Shown: positions 8,201-15,552 of the stretch, piece by piece
Layout of the letters: each line of letters starts with the position of its first letter
Position numbering within the stretch: the first letter of the stretch is position 1
Origin: Spirochaetia bacterium
GTDB taxonomy: Bacteria > Spirochaetota > Spirochaetia > UBA9216
DNA: 64,000 nucleotides
NCBI GenBank assembly: GCA_963675665.1
Contig: OY776510.1
Coordinates: 3,168,001-3,232,000 of the forward strand
Direction: 5' to 3'
Translations under genes and position numbers: made by a program
The notes under the pieces: model-generated
What the model was told of the DNA's origin: nothing
The model's input: only the letters and a program-made list of their open reading frames with translations
The model's database searches: none

Positions 8201-9841
8201 GCTGTACCCGTCAGCCGACATGCTTAAAAGCAGCAGGCGTCCCGCCGAGTTTTGAGACAGAAGTTTTACCCCTCCGGAAATACCGGCATTCAATTGGTAT
8301 GCATCTGTCTGATTTTCATCGGAATTCGAAAAACTCAAACCTGCAGTTATACCGCCGTATCCGCTTGTTTCTTCCCCCGGAAGCGCATACGAATCCGAGA
8401 TGTTCCAGCGTACTCCGCCGTTAAGATATGCCGAAAGATGATCGGTAATTATGAAGCTGTTGGATGATGCAAAAAGAATATCGCCGCCCGTACTGCCGGA
8501 AGATTTTTTACGGTAGTAAATTTCAATCCGGTCTTCGGAGCCGGGCCGGGTATCAAAGGTAATAACACCGTTCGATTCAGTCCATGCAGAGGTCTCAATT
8601 TCGTTTATGTATATTCTAACGGTGCCGTCGACAGGATCGTCGATCGAATATGACGAGCTTTCTTCGCGTATTACAAAAAGAAGTTTACGGTCGTCATAGC
8701 TGCCGTAAACCGAAGAATCGAGGATGATAATTCCTTTATCCGGAATTATGTCGGATGCGAGTTCAATTCGTGAGGCTGATGAGGAGGCAGCATCCGTGAT
8801 ATAAACCTTTGTTCTCCAGTATTCATCCGGAAGAACGGTGCCGAGGTTATAAGCTGCTGAATTCTCAAAAGGAGACAATATCCCCGGTTCATAAAGCATC
8901 AGCATAGTGCCCTTGACTGAATTAATAATCCAACCGGGGTCAATTCCGCTCCAGTCCGGATCCTCCGCCAGAACAAGTAGTGCCCCGGGAGATTTTTCTT
9001 CCAGAACCAGACTCCCTGTAGACGGAGACCATGAATATTCCTGATCTGACAGCAGTGAATAATATCGGCCTTCATGAAGAAATGCCTGAGTGCCGTCGGA
9101 CCCTGACTCGATATAAAAAACAGAAGCGGAAGGGCTTCCGGGAACTTCAAAATAGCGGCCTTTTACATAGTCGGATAATTCCATTTCGATTTCCGTTACC
9201 GAATCGGAACCGATATAAACCTGGCGCTGCTCTTCTTCAGGGTCAAAACGGAATAGCAGTTCGTGTTCGGAGAACGGACTGCATAAAACTGAATGAATTC
9301 CGAATGAGGAAGGGCCTCCGCCCGGAACATGGAAATAATCATTCATTGGGACATCTTCAGACATGTTTATTCCCATATTGCCGACGGAAACGGACTGGAC
9401 GATTTCTCCCTCCTGTCCAATATATCCTAATCTGAAAGTCGAATCATCAAATTCATCGCTGAAAGCCGCTTCAAAAAGGTAGCGGTTTAAAATCAGAACT
9501 GAAGCTGTAAAATCAGGTGACTGGGAAAAAGCAAAACCGGAAGAAATACCGGGGTAGGTAAGCGCCGGATTAAACCCGGTATCAGACGTCCAGCCCGTGC
9601 CGAAAGATGCAGAAGTTTCAATTTTCCAGCTTCCTGTGAAAAACATCTGTACATCTTCGCTGTCCTGTCGGGCTTCGAGAAAAGCGGAAGGGCTTTCCTC
9701 TTCCGGCAGGAGCGGTTCATCCGCGGAAAATGCCTGTTTCGGGAATAGAATAAAAATAATTAAAAACAACAGTGAAATATATTTGAAAGCATATTCGGTT
9801 GTCCGCAACATTAACGCAAAGTATATCCTGTTTTTATTCAT
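5228..9841 (-). CDS. Large exported protein, SprA/Sov (T9SS translocon)-like
   Basis: 1537 aa with a signal-peptide-like N-terminus. Motifs FRLGYIGQEGEIVQSVSVGN, SSFGIHS, SDYVKGRYF, WAGVQIPL, LYIETGSLSED and DSEDFNGNGFLD recall SprA. Beta-rich C-terminal third ending in Tyr. Confidence 0.6.
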   Translation of the reverse strand: MNKNRIYFALMLRTTEYAFKYISLLFLIIFILFPKQAFSADEPLLPEEESPSAFLEARQDSEDVQMFFTGSWKIETSASFGTGWTSDTGFNPALTYPGISSGFAFSQSPDFTASVLILNRYLFEAAFSDEFDDSTFRLGYIGQEGEIVQSVSVGNMGINMSEDVPMNDYFHVPGGGPSSFGIHSVLCSPFSEHELLFRFDPEEEQRQVYIGSDSVTEIEMELSDYVKGRYFEVPGSPSASVFYIESGSDGTQAFLHEGRYYSLLSDQEYSWSPSTGSLVLEEKSPGALLVLAEDPDWSGIDPGWIINSVKGTMLMLYEPGILSPFENSAAYNLGTVLPDEYWRTKVYITDAASSSASRIELASDIIPDKGIIILDSSVYGSYDDRKLLFVIREESSSYSIDDPVDGTVRIYINEIETSAWTESNGVITFDTRPGSEDRIEIYYRKKSSGSTGGDILFASSNSFIITDHLSAYLNGGVRWNISDSYALPGEETSGYGGITAGLSFSNSDENQTDAYQLNAGISGGVKLLSQNSAGRLLLLSMSADGYSVPLNRNTVFPASASENIGLAPEDRGLLLYKDYRVPTSFGSYYLQDYTAEIDESMIFSPSDSSASGQLKAGPYTASAVTDSRSGEILAMDYILPESNSWAGVQIPLAYGSENPDLSASRALSFDCKTDSDLSNITLYIETGSLSEDLDDDGNLDAETSAYSSGYIFNDPNSESGTLIGGDNLEKSNGIEDSEDFNGNGFLDSEKTDASVLFSSSADFVKPGTGWKTVRLYLSDAARSRLGNAGFIRITAVNNGTGETSGRIMFDDFTFEGSVMYADPDIAVKPDFSEISEALIPAAETPSAALTADTLSAGESNKVLRIEWTDDWKIRTVIYPVPPTEYGKVTFHAYCPELTPSGAAPPLLIFNMVDSEGSGIKSKIPLGSGTAWNKIELLPGADGGTGTVLVNNVENTQAELTFDSDSGDLSFIETGTENASGGVLYLDEVSLSDPVLHTTAGVGGDIEISSSGPLLTAGNLEIIGPAALSASADYNTGVVNLYSKISSEILGTSVSADCNLKDAGGVNLLAAGHTIDIPVVGSYLHLCDSFRTESASGGDFSKTGSLRLNAGVFSGTPAEFSTADNEGNLLRKWSSDITMSTTLFSLDAGYKMLLSDSTSSFDWNNYFSGWADATALAVNFTPFQLEQRKIEIQLSPAILTIPVGFEFGIKTNSDINDENTKTDSAEISAGFPVSISTSGGTISARLEFSRSADFTHTTESSGFTDDISDMFYLLSRRDYLYTSIPGCELFDPALPETVFDDCTAAEIDQAKLNNSIRAEFSRNYSSRLIDLLVPFSVSTGLERNSLKDYDDLEDSLDFDLVWRSAALNLFGAAGVYSFFDFYFSDEFNWSVEAALADPFSESILQKYIFSTGCSFFGHEEQILSVDSSFFLPVGYEDLQSEFKTDLIYVRTEHPATPFNLPLFDSEEENFQLIIHEEKLSVDVEASISTEFRHTTSLVLPRIFTLSAFGLFGVEYNNVSENKTLLYGLSLGLTGSIIY

Positions 9842-9893
9842 TTTACTCCCACATTATTGATTTTTTGGCACATTTGGACGAGAATGAAACCAA

Positions 9894-10829
9894 ATGGATA
9901 TTAATGAAACAGACAAATTGAAGGCGGCTGCGTTTATACAGAGATTGATGGCTAATCCTGCCCTTAAAAGTTTTTCACCGCTGCAGCGGGAAGAACAGAT
10001 ACTTCAGTTTCTTACCGTAAATGCATCACAACTTTATCCCACCCTGTCATCCGGCTCTTTTTTTGCAGGCAAAAACTGGGAATCGATATGCAGAATACTG
10101 TTCAATGTTCTTTATGAAACAATAAACAAGGAAGTAGTTCCCGAGGCAGGATTACTGATCAACAGGCTTGATTTTACTTTCTTTACTTTTCTCAGGCAGG
10201 CTAATATCGATGAAGGCAGCGCCAAGCAGACTGTAATAAGCCTGATTGAAAAGATGTTGGCCAATGAACAGGCAAGAAGAATTCTGGCCGGATCTCTGGC
10301 TGCAATCACCAACAATATTGTAAAAAAATATATTGCTGAAATTTATCAACGGCGCAAATACGTTCATTTTGAAATTATGAAAGTAGAACGTCTTAAGATT
10401 GGAGAGAAAGAAGCGGAAAATATGATTTCGCTGGTTATGCTTCTTAAACCGCTTGTTTATCTGTTTGCTCCGCAGGGGCAGTCTGTAAAAAATACCGCTA
10501 ACGGACAGCTTTTTCCTGTTCATTTTACGGCAAATATTGCGCAGAACCTTGCACAGAAAACACCGGCTATTCCGGAAAAAGTTTTTTTAAGCGCCATGAA
10601 TTCCAATTCGTCATTTGCCGACTACAATAAACTTGAAGCAACAGCAAGGATGGGGAATGTTCTTGTTTCAATGTGCCGGAATTACAAACCTGAAGCAAAG
10701 AAAGACCGGGGCGCAGATACTGCGATAAAAAGCTGGATAAATGTTGCCAGAAAGAATTACAAATTTTATGGATATGATATAAAAATGCTGGATGAACTTT
10801 ATAATATAGCTGCAGATAACGGATGGTAG
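9894..10829 (+). CDS. Hypothetical alpha-helical cytoplasmic protein (311 aa)
   Basis: Long ORF heading a tight three-gene cluster; no recognisable domain. Confidence 0.8.
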   Translation: MDINETDKLKAAAFIQRLMANPALKSFSPLQREEQILQFLTVNASQLYPTLSSGSFFAGKNWESICRILFNVLYETINKEVVPEAGLLINRLDFTFFTFLRQANIDEGSAKQTVISLIEKMLANEQARRILAGSLAAITNNIVKKYIAEIYQRRKYVHFEIMKVERLKIGEKEAENMISLVMLLKPLVYLFAPQGQSVKNTANGQLFPVHFTANIAQNLAQKTPAIPEKVFLSAMNSNSSFADYNKLEATARMGNVLVSMCRNYKPEAKKDRGADTAIKSWINVARKNYKFYGYDIKMLDELYNIAADNGW

Positions 10830-10836
10830 GGGCGAA

Positions 10837-11934
10837 ATGGAAAAGAAGAATAACGAAATTATAGAGAATATTGTTATGGCCGCGATTTTTCTTGTTCTTG
10901 TACAGACTTTCCTGGAAGATCTTGCGGTTGTTGCCGGATGGACCTGGACCGTTAGAAAAACTCTTGTTTTAACGGGGTTCTGTTTTGATCTTTTTTTCAC
11001 AATCGAATTTCTTTCCAGATTATACCGAGCTGTAGAAAGAGGAAACGTCAGGGAATATCTGATATTAAAAAGAGGATGGATAGATCTGCTTGCTTCAATA
11101 CCGCTGCTTCTGCTTAATTCGGGACCTTCGGCACTGGCTGTTATTCTCGGCGGAGGAGCAATCAGCGGAGCGGCCGGTATCCTGAATGTTCTGAAGGTAA
11201 TTAAGGCAGTACGGATTGCCAGAATTCTAAGACTTTTGAGAGTGTTAAAAATCTTCAGACAGATAAAAAATACTGAGTCTGTTATGGCCCAGAGGCATGT
11301 AACTATGGTTACTACCATGGGTGTTTCGGTTTTTGTTTTTGTTCTGCTGATTGCGTCGGTATTCACCCAAATGCTTCCTGTAACAACGGTTGAAAAAGAA
11401 AATGAGAAAAAGGTTATTGAAATAATGATGGCATGGGCCGAAGGAGATGAATCGGCTGCCGTGAATTACTCGGATCTGCTGATTGTTAAAAAAGACGGTG
11501 AAACTGTTTTTTCACGTTATGATAATGAGTATTATACGGAAAACTTCGGTTACAGTGATTACCTGTATTCGGAATATCTCGGAAATGAATATTTTTTCGA
11601 TTTAAGAGGTACATCCGGGATCCAGTCAATGAACAATCTGATTTATTTCATCATCATTCTTGTACTTGTAATGGCCTTTACTTTTATATACAGTCCGCAT
11701 TTCGCAATGACCGTCAGCGATCCAATTCATGTAATGCGGAGAGGCTTTGATGAGAATTCATATAACTATGAAGTCAGGATTATCAGGGAGTATGAAAACG
11801 ACGATATTTTCCGGCTGGCTGAAGGGTATAACGACACTTATCTTCCGATGAAGGACCGTAACCAGGCTGAAAACGGTGAAATTGATGCGGATTCGCTTGA
11901 ACTTAAAATGGATGATATCCAGAACATGTTCTGA
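10837..11934 (+). CDS. Ion_trans-like membrane protein: voltage-sensor S1-S4, two further TM helices and a HAMP-like tail, no pore loop
   Basis: S2 FDLFFTIEFLSR, S3 WIDLLASIP, S4 KVIKAVRIARILRLLRVLKIFRQIK; no GYG filter. C-terminal TVSDPIHVMRRGF...DDIFRLAEGYN resembles HAMP. Confidence 0.8.
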   Translation: MEKKNNEIIENIVMAAIFLVLVQTFLEDLAVVAGWTWTVRKTLVLTGFCFDLFFTIEFLSRLYRAVERGNVREYLILKRGWIDLLASIPLLLLNSGPSALAVILGGGAISGAAGILNVLKVIKAVRIARILRLLRVLKIFRQIKNTESVMAQRHVTMVTTMGVSVFVFVLLIASVFTQMLPVTTVEKENEKKVIEIMMAWAEGDESAAVNYSDLLIVKKDGETVFSRYDNEYYTENFGYSDYLYSEYLGNEYFFDLRGTSGIQSMNNLIYFIIILVLVMAFTFIYSPHFAMTVSDPIHVMRRGFDENSYNYEVRIIREYENDDIFRLAEGYNDTYLPMKDRNQAENGEIDADSLELKMDDIQNMF

Positions 11935-12221
11935 TGATTGTTTCCATGATACAATTTGTTTTTGAACTTCCTGAAGTCGAAAACATAAAAGATAAAAGAC
12001 GAATTGTAAAATCCTTCCGTGATAAACTAATCAAGAAATTTCATGTTACTGCTGCAGAAGTAGATCTTCAGGATTCTTTGAGATTTACACAGATTGGTGC
12101 AGCATTGGTTTCAAATTCAAAAATCTACGGCGAGTCCGTAATGCAGAAGATCCTGAAATTTGCTGAAGATGAAGTGCCGGGGCGCCTTCATGATGTCGAG
12201 ATTTATTCGGAAAGTTATTGA
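11934..12221 (+). CDS. DUF503 (YlxP-like) protein
   Basis: IKDKRRIVKS...KKFHVTAAEVDLQD...IGAALVSN family pattern; TGATG overlap with the upstream gene. Confidence 0.88.
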   Translation: MIVSMIQFVFELPEVENIKDKRRIVKSFRDKLIKKFHVTAAEVDLQDSLRFTQIGAALVSNSKIYGESVMQKILKFAEDEVPGRLHDVEIYSESY

Positions 12222-12225
12222 GCCG

Positions 12226-12252
12226 CTTTCAAAACTCTCCGGGTTTTGAAAG
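12226..12252. terminator. Hairpin between convergent genes, possible terminator
   Basis: CTTTCAAAACTC-TCC-GGGTTTTGAAAG; no strong U-tract. Confidence 0.45.
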
Positions 12253-12261
12253 AGCCTCAAT

Positions 12262-12972
12262 TTAATCCGGAATTATTTCTTCAGGATCGTCAATGTTAAA
12301 AAGATAAATGGATTCAACTTTAAAAATTCTGTCGACTTCCATTGAATTGATAAACTTGTCATCAGCCTTAAGTTCAAAATCAAGAAAATGCTTAACAGGC
12401 TTGTAACCTGAGGCGGAAAGAGAAAGTTCAAATGAAAAAGATTTTTGCTCGCCAATCTTTTCAGCTTTTATCGGTAAGGGCCAGAACAGAAAATTGCCGT
12501 CGGTTTCCGCAATCAGCTCGCAGGGATTGTTCCAGCGGAGGCCATTCATCTTTACGAGTTCTCCGTTCATTTTCAGGGAGATTGACGATCCGCTGTACGG
12601 CGCAAATGTTTTGCCGTCGACAACCTTGCCCTTTATAATGGGAAAGTTGAAAATAGGAGGTTCAGGCAGGTTAGAGGTTGTTTCGGAGGCGACGGGGCGC
12701 AGGTGTGTGCCTACCTGCCTGATGCCTTCGTTCACCAGGGCGGTAATATCCGCAATGCTCTGGGGTTCGTCAATAAATGTTTTGCCAAGATGGGCAAGAC
12801 CCCGGGACGAGGTGGTATAGATGGGCTGAATTCGGTTAAGAACGTAACAGACTACATCCGTCCGGCATGCATCTGAATTATTACAGCCTGTACGTTCTAT
12901 GAAAACTTTATCAGAGAAGATATCATCAACGACATCAATTACCATTTTTTCCATCAGATTATGAATTTCCAT
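12262..12972 (-). CDS. ComFB-family protein with C-terminal beta domain (putative c-di-NMP receptor)
   Basis: MEIHNLMEKMV...CRTDVVCYVLNRIQPIYTTS is the ComFB signature. Confidence 0.88.
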   Translation of the reverse strand: MEIHNLMEKMVIDVVDDIFSDKVFIERTGCNNSDACRTDVVCYVLNRIQPIYTTSSRGLAHLGKTFIDEPQSIADITALVNEGIRQVGTHLRPVASETTSNLPEPPIFNFPIIKGKVVDGKTFAPYSGSSISLKMNGELVKMNGLRWNNPCELIAETDGNFLFWPLPIKAEKIGEQKSFSFELSLSASGYKPVKHFLDFELKADDKFINSMEVDRIFKVESIYLFNIDDPEEIIPD

Positions 12973-13411
12973 CTAAATCCTCCTTGTCTCCGGAGTTTAT
13001 TTCTATAATTTCTTTTATGTCTTCAACACAGTAAAGAAAGTCTTTAATCGTTTCCTTTAAAGAATAGTAGTTAAGACCGGCAAAGTAAACCTTTGAGAAA
13101 ACGGAAAAGTTAAAATCGTCAAATTTCTGAATATTCATATAGCAGCCGTATTCGTAACAGATTTTAAGCATTTCCTCCAGCCGCTCCTGTATAAATGAAG
13201 CCATTCTGGGAGAAAAAGAGAAGGTAAAAGCAATTTCAAGAAACTTGCTGTCGTCGTCAATAAAGAAACCGCCGCAGAATTCGGAGTCTTTTTCAAAACC
13301 CGATGAGTATGTATTTTCGCTCATATCGCCTTCCGTCATCTCATACCCGAGTTCCCTGAAAAGAACTGTAACTCTTCTGATTCTTTCTTTCATCAATTTG
13401 GTGTATTTCAT
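12959..13411 (-). CDS. Hypothetical protein, possibly YbjN/T3SS-chaperone-like fold
   Basis: 150-aa acidic protein with a helix-strands-helix pattern; overlaps the ComFB gene by 14 nt; SD GGGGA. Confidence 0.65.
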   Translation of the reverse strand: MKYTKLMKERIRRVTVLFRELGYEMTEGDMSENTYSSGFEKDSEFCGGFFIDDDSKFLEIAFTFSFSPRMASFIQERLEEMLKICYEYGCYMNIQKFDDFNFSVFSKVYFAGLNYYSLKETIKDFLYCVEDIKEIIEINSGDKEDLDGNS

Positions 13412-13554
13412 CTGATTCCCCTATTGTTAATGTATTATTTAATCCGCTGAATGTCGAGCAAAAATCGAAAGTCAGGGATATCTAAATTCAGTTTATACTC
13501 TGCGAAAGAGAGTTCGACTTGTTTGGTAATTTAAAATTTGAAAAATTGAGTTTT

Positions 13555-14310
13555 TTATAAATCATTAAAATCGTCTTTTTCATTCCAGAAAGCGTTATAA
13601 ATATGTTCCCGGGTCAGCTTGTCGATATGGCTCAGGTTGCTGACTATCGGTTTGACCCGGCTTCTAATATTGGTATCGTTATATGGACACGGCGACTTGC
13701 AGACAGGAAACCCGAGGTTGTCGGAAAGTCTCTCAACCGCGCTTTCTCTCACTTCACACATCGGCCTGATTATGTGAAGCTTTCCCTTAAAAAACTCCTG
13801 CATCGGCAGCATTGTTGTAAAACGGCTTCTGAAACAGAGGTTTATCAGGGCTGTTTCAATTATATCATCAAGATGATGGCCGAGCGCTATTTTGGAATAT
13901 CCTTTTTCTTCAGCGATATCAAAAAGAACCTTTTTACGGTTTCTAGAGCACAGGTAACAGTTGAAATTATCGCTGTAACTTCCCGGAAACATCTTTACAT
14001 CAACAGTCTGCAAAGGGATTCCAAGAATGTCAAAGAAATCATGTAAATTTTTTAGCTGCATGGATGTAACGGGATATTCAATCCAGTTTATATGAACCGC
14101 AAAAAGTTCATAATCAATTGGCAGCCAGCGTTTGCGAAGTGCAAGAGCAAAAGCAAGCGCGAGAGAATCCTTGCCGCCTGATATGCCGAGAAGCACTTTG
14201 TCGTTTTTCTGAATCATGTTAAAGCGGTTGATTCCCTTGCCGGTCTGTTTAACAAAACGCATAACCCACGGGGGAATACTGCCGTTTATTATTTCAGCTG
14301 TTTTTGTCAT
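13555..14310 (-). CDS. ttcA: tRNA 2-thiocytidine biosynthesis TtcA-family protein
   Basis: PP-loop SGGKDS, CYLC, LGHHLDD, IIRPM, CPY. Confidence 0.9.
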   Translation of the reverse strand: MTKTAEIINGSIPPWVMRFVKQTGKGINRFNMIQKNDKVLLGISGGKDSLALAFALALRKRWLPIDYELFAVHINWIEYPVTSMQLKNLHDFFDILGIPLQTVDVKMFPGSYSDNFNCYLCSRNRKKVLFDIAEEKGYSKIALGHHLDDIIETALINLCFRSRFTTMLPMQEFFKGKLHIIRPMCEVRESAVERLSDNLGFPVCKSPCPYNDTNIRSRVKPIVSNLSHIDKLTREHIYNAFWNEKDDFNDL

Positions 14311-15545
14311 GGCACAAGAAAATCCAGTGGCGCCTTAAAAAGAGAAGTATCCTGCCCGGGCACATAAAGTCTTATCTTTCTAAGCGATGAAGTGAAGCTT
14401 TTTATTACAGGACCGGAAAATACCGATTCAGAATCGATATAGGGTGTTCTGCGGGATTCAGAAACAACAGGAAGATTAACTTCAAATGAAATCGGCTCCG
14501 GAATATCTATGATAAGATCGCTGCAGCCAAATTCTGAAGAATGCTGTTTTTCGAAAGAAACCCGTTCGTCAAGATTGCAGAGCCTGATATGAAGAGGATT
14601 ATCGTCAGAAAACGGAACTTCGTACACGCATTTATAGAGATTTCGGGTATTCACCATTTCGATCAATTTCATCACAGGATGAGAATCTCCGGTGTAACGT
14701 GAAAAGAACTCATTATCATCAAGTCCGTAAAGATCTTCTTTCCGGATAAATCCTTCCAAAAGGCCGGTGATAACAGCCTTCTTTATCATTGCTGTAGCTA
14801 TTCTGACGGTCTTATGCCAGTAAACAGTTTTATACATCAAATACTTTGAGAAAAGAATATTCTCAACGGCAGTAATACCCTGATTATTTATTCCGATACC
14901 ATGCTCGGTCGGGACTATCTTTGAGATGGCATAATCAGTGTCCTGAATACCGTAGGGTACTCCGCAAAAAAAAGCGTCGCGGTTCAGATAGTCAAGTTTA
15001 TCGGGGTCGAGAACTCCGGAAAGTATGTTTCTGAAAAAAATAATCTGAGCATCGTTGTTATGAGGCATTTCAAAGTTTACTATTGCGGCAGCCGTTTCTG
15101 CCGAAGCCCCGACTTCCTTTTCGATACAGCTTTTCAACGGTTCCTGCAAAATAAGTTCCCCGGTTATCACTTCATGGTCCTTTAACGGAAGTTCCTTCAG
15201 CGAATGTGCATAAGGAAAATGTCCCAGGTCATGAAGGATTGACGCACAGAGAAAGGATTTTACGCCGGTTTCAGTCAGCGGTATACAGTCAGGATGGTTG
15301 ATAAGCCTGCTTATTATTCTCTTTGAAAGGTGAAAAACTCCAAGACTGTGACTCAGCCGGGTATGGGTGGCCCCGGGATAAACATGATAAGACGGCCCAA
15401 GCTGTTTGATCCCGGCAAGTCGCTGAAAGGGTTCAAGACTAATAAGCTTTTTAAACCCTTTGGAAAGAAAGATATTCTGCCAGAGCGGGTCCCGAACAGG
15501 TTCGGTATAATCGTTATTAAGATGTTTTAATATGCTTTCTTTCAA
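14307..15545 (-). CDS. HD-domain phosphohydrolase (YwfO/SAMHD1-like dNTPase family)
   Basis: FQRLAGIKQLG...YPGATHTRLSHSLG, LHDLGHFPYAH, DPDKLDYLNRDA, VYWHK. Confidence 0.9.
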   Translation of the reverse strand: MKESILKHLNNDYTEPVRDPLWQNIFLSKGFKKLISLEPFQRLAGIKQLGPSYHVYPGATHTRLSHSLGVFHLSKRIISRLINHPDCIPLTETGVKSFLCASILHDLGHFPYAHSLKELPLKDHEVITGELILQEPLKSCIEKEVGASAETAAAIVNFEMPHNNDAQIIFFRNILSGVLDPDKLDYLNRDAFFCGVPYGIQDTDYAISKIVPTEHGIGINNQGITAVENILFSKYLMYKTVYWHKTVRIATAMIKKAVITGLLEGFIRKEDLYGLDDNEFFSRYTGDSHPVMKLIEMVNTRNLYKCVYEVPFSDDNPLHIRLCNLDERVSFEKQHSSEFGCSDLIIDIPEPISFEVNLPVVSESRRTPYIDSESVFSGPVIKSFTSSLRKIRLYVPGQDTSLFKAPLDFLVP

Positions 15546-15552
15546 CTCAATA

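Noticed and set aside
9865-9880. Sigma54 promoter (TTGGCAC)
   Set aside because: The -24 element is present but there is no TTGC at -12 (sequence reads TTGGCACATTTGGACG).
14307-15545. Anti-phage dNTPase
   Set aside because: It sits in a housekeeping run (aconitase-HD-ttcA) and looks like the widespread YwfO-like family; no defence context.
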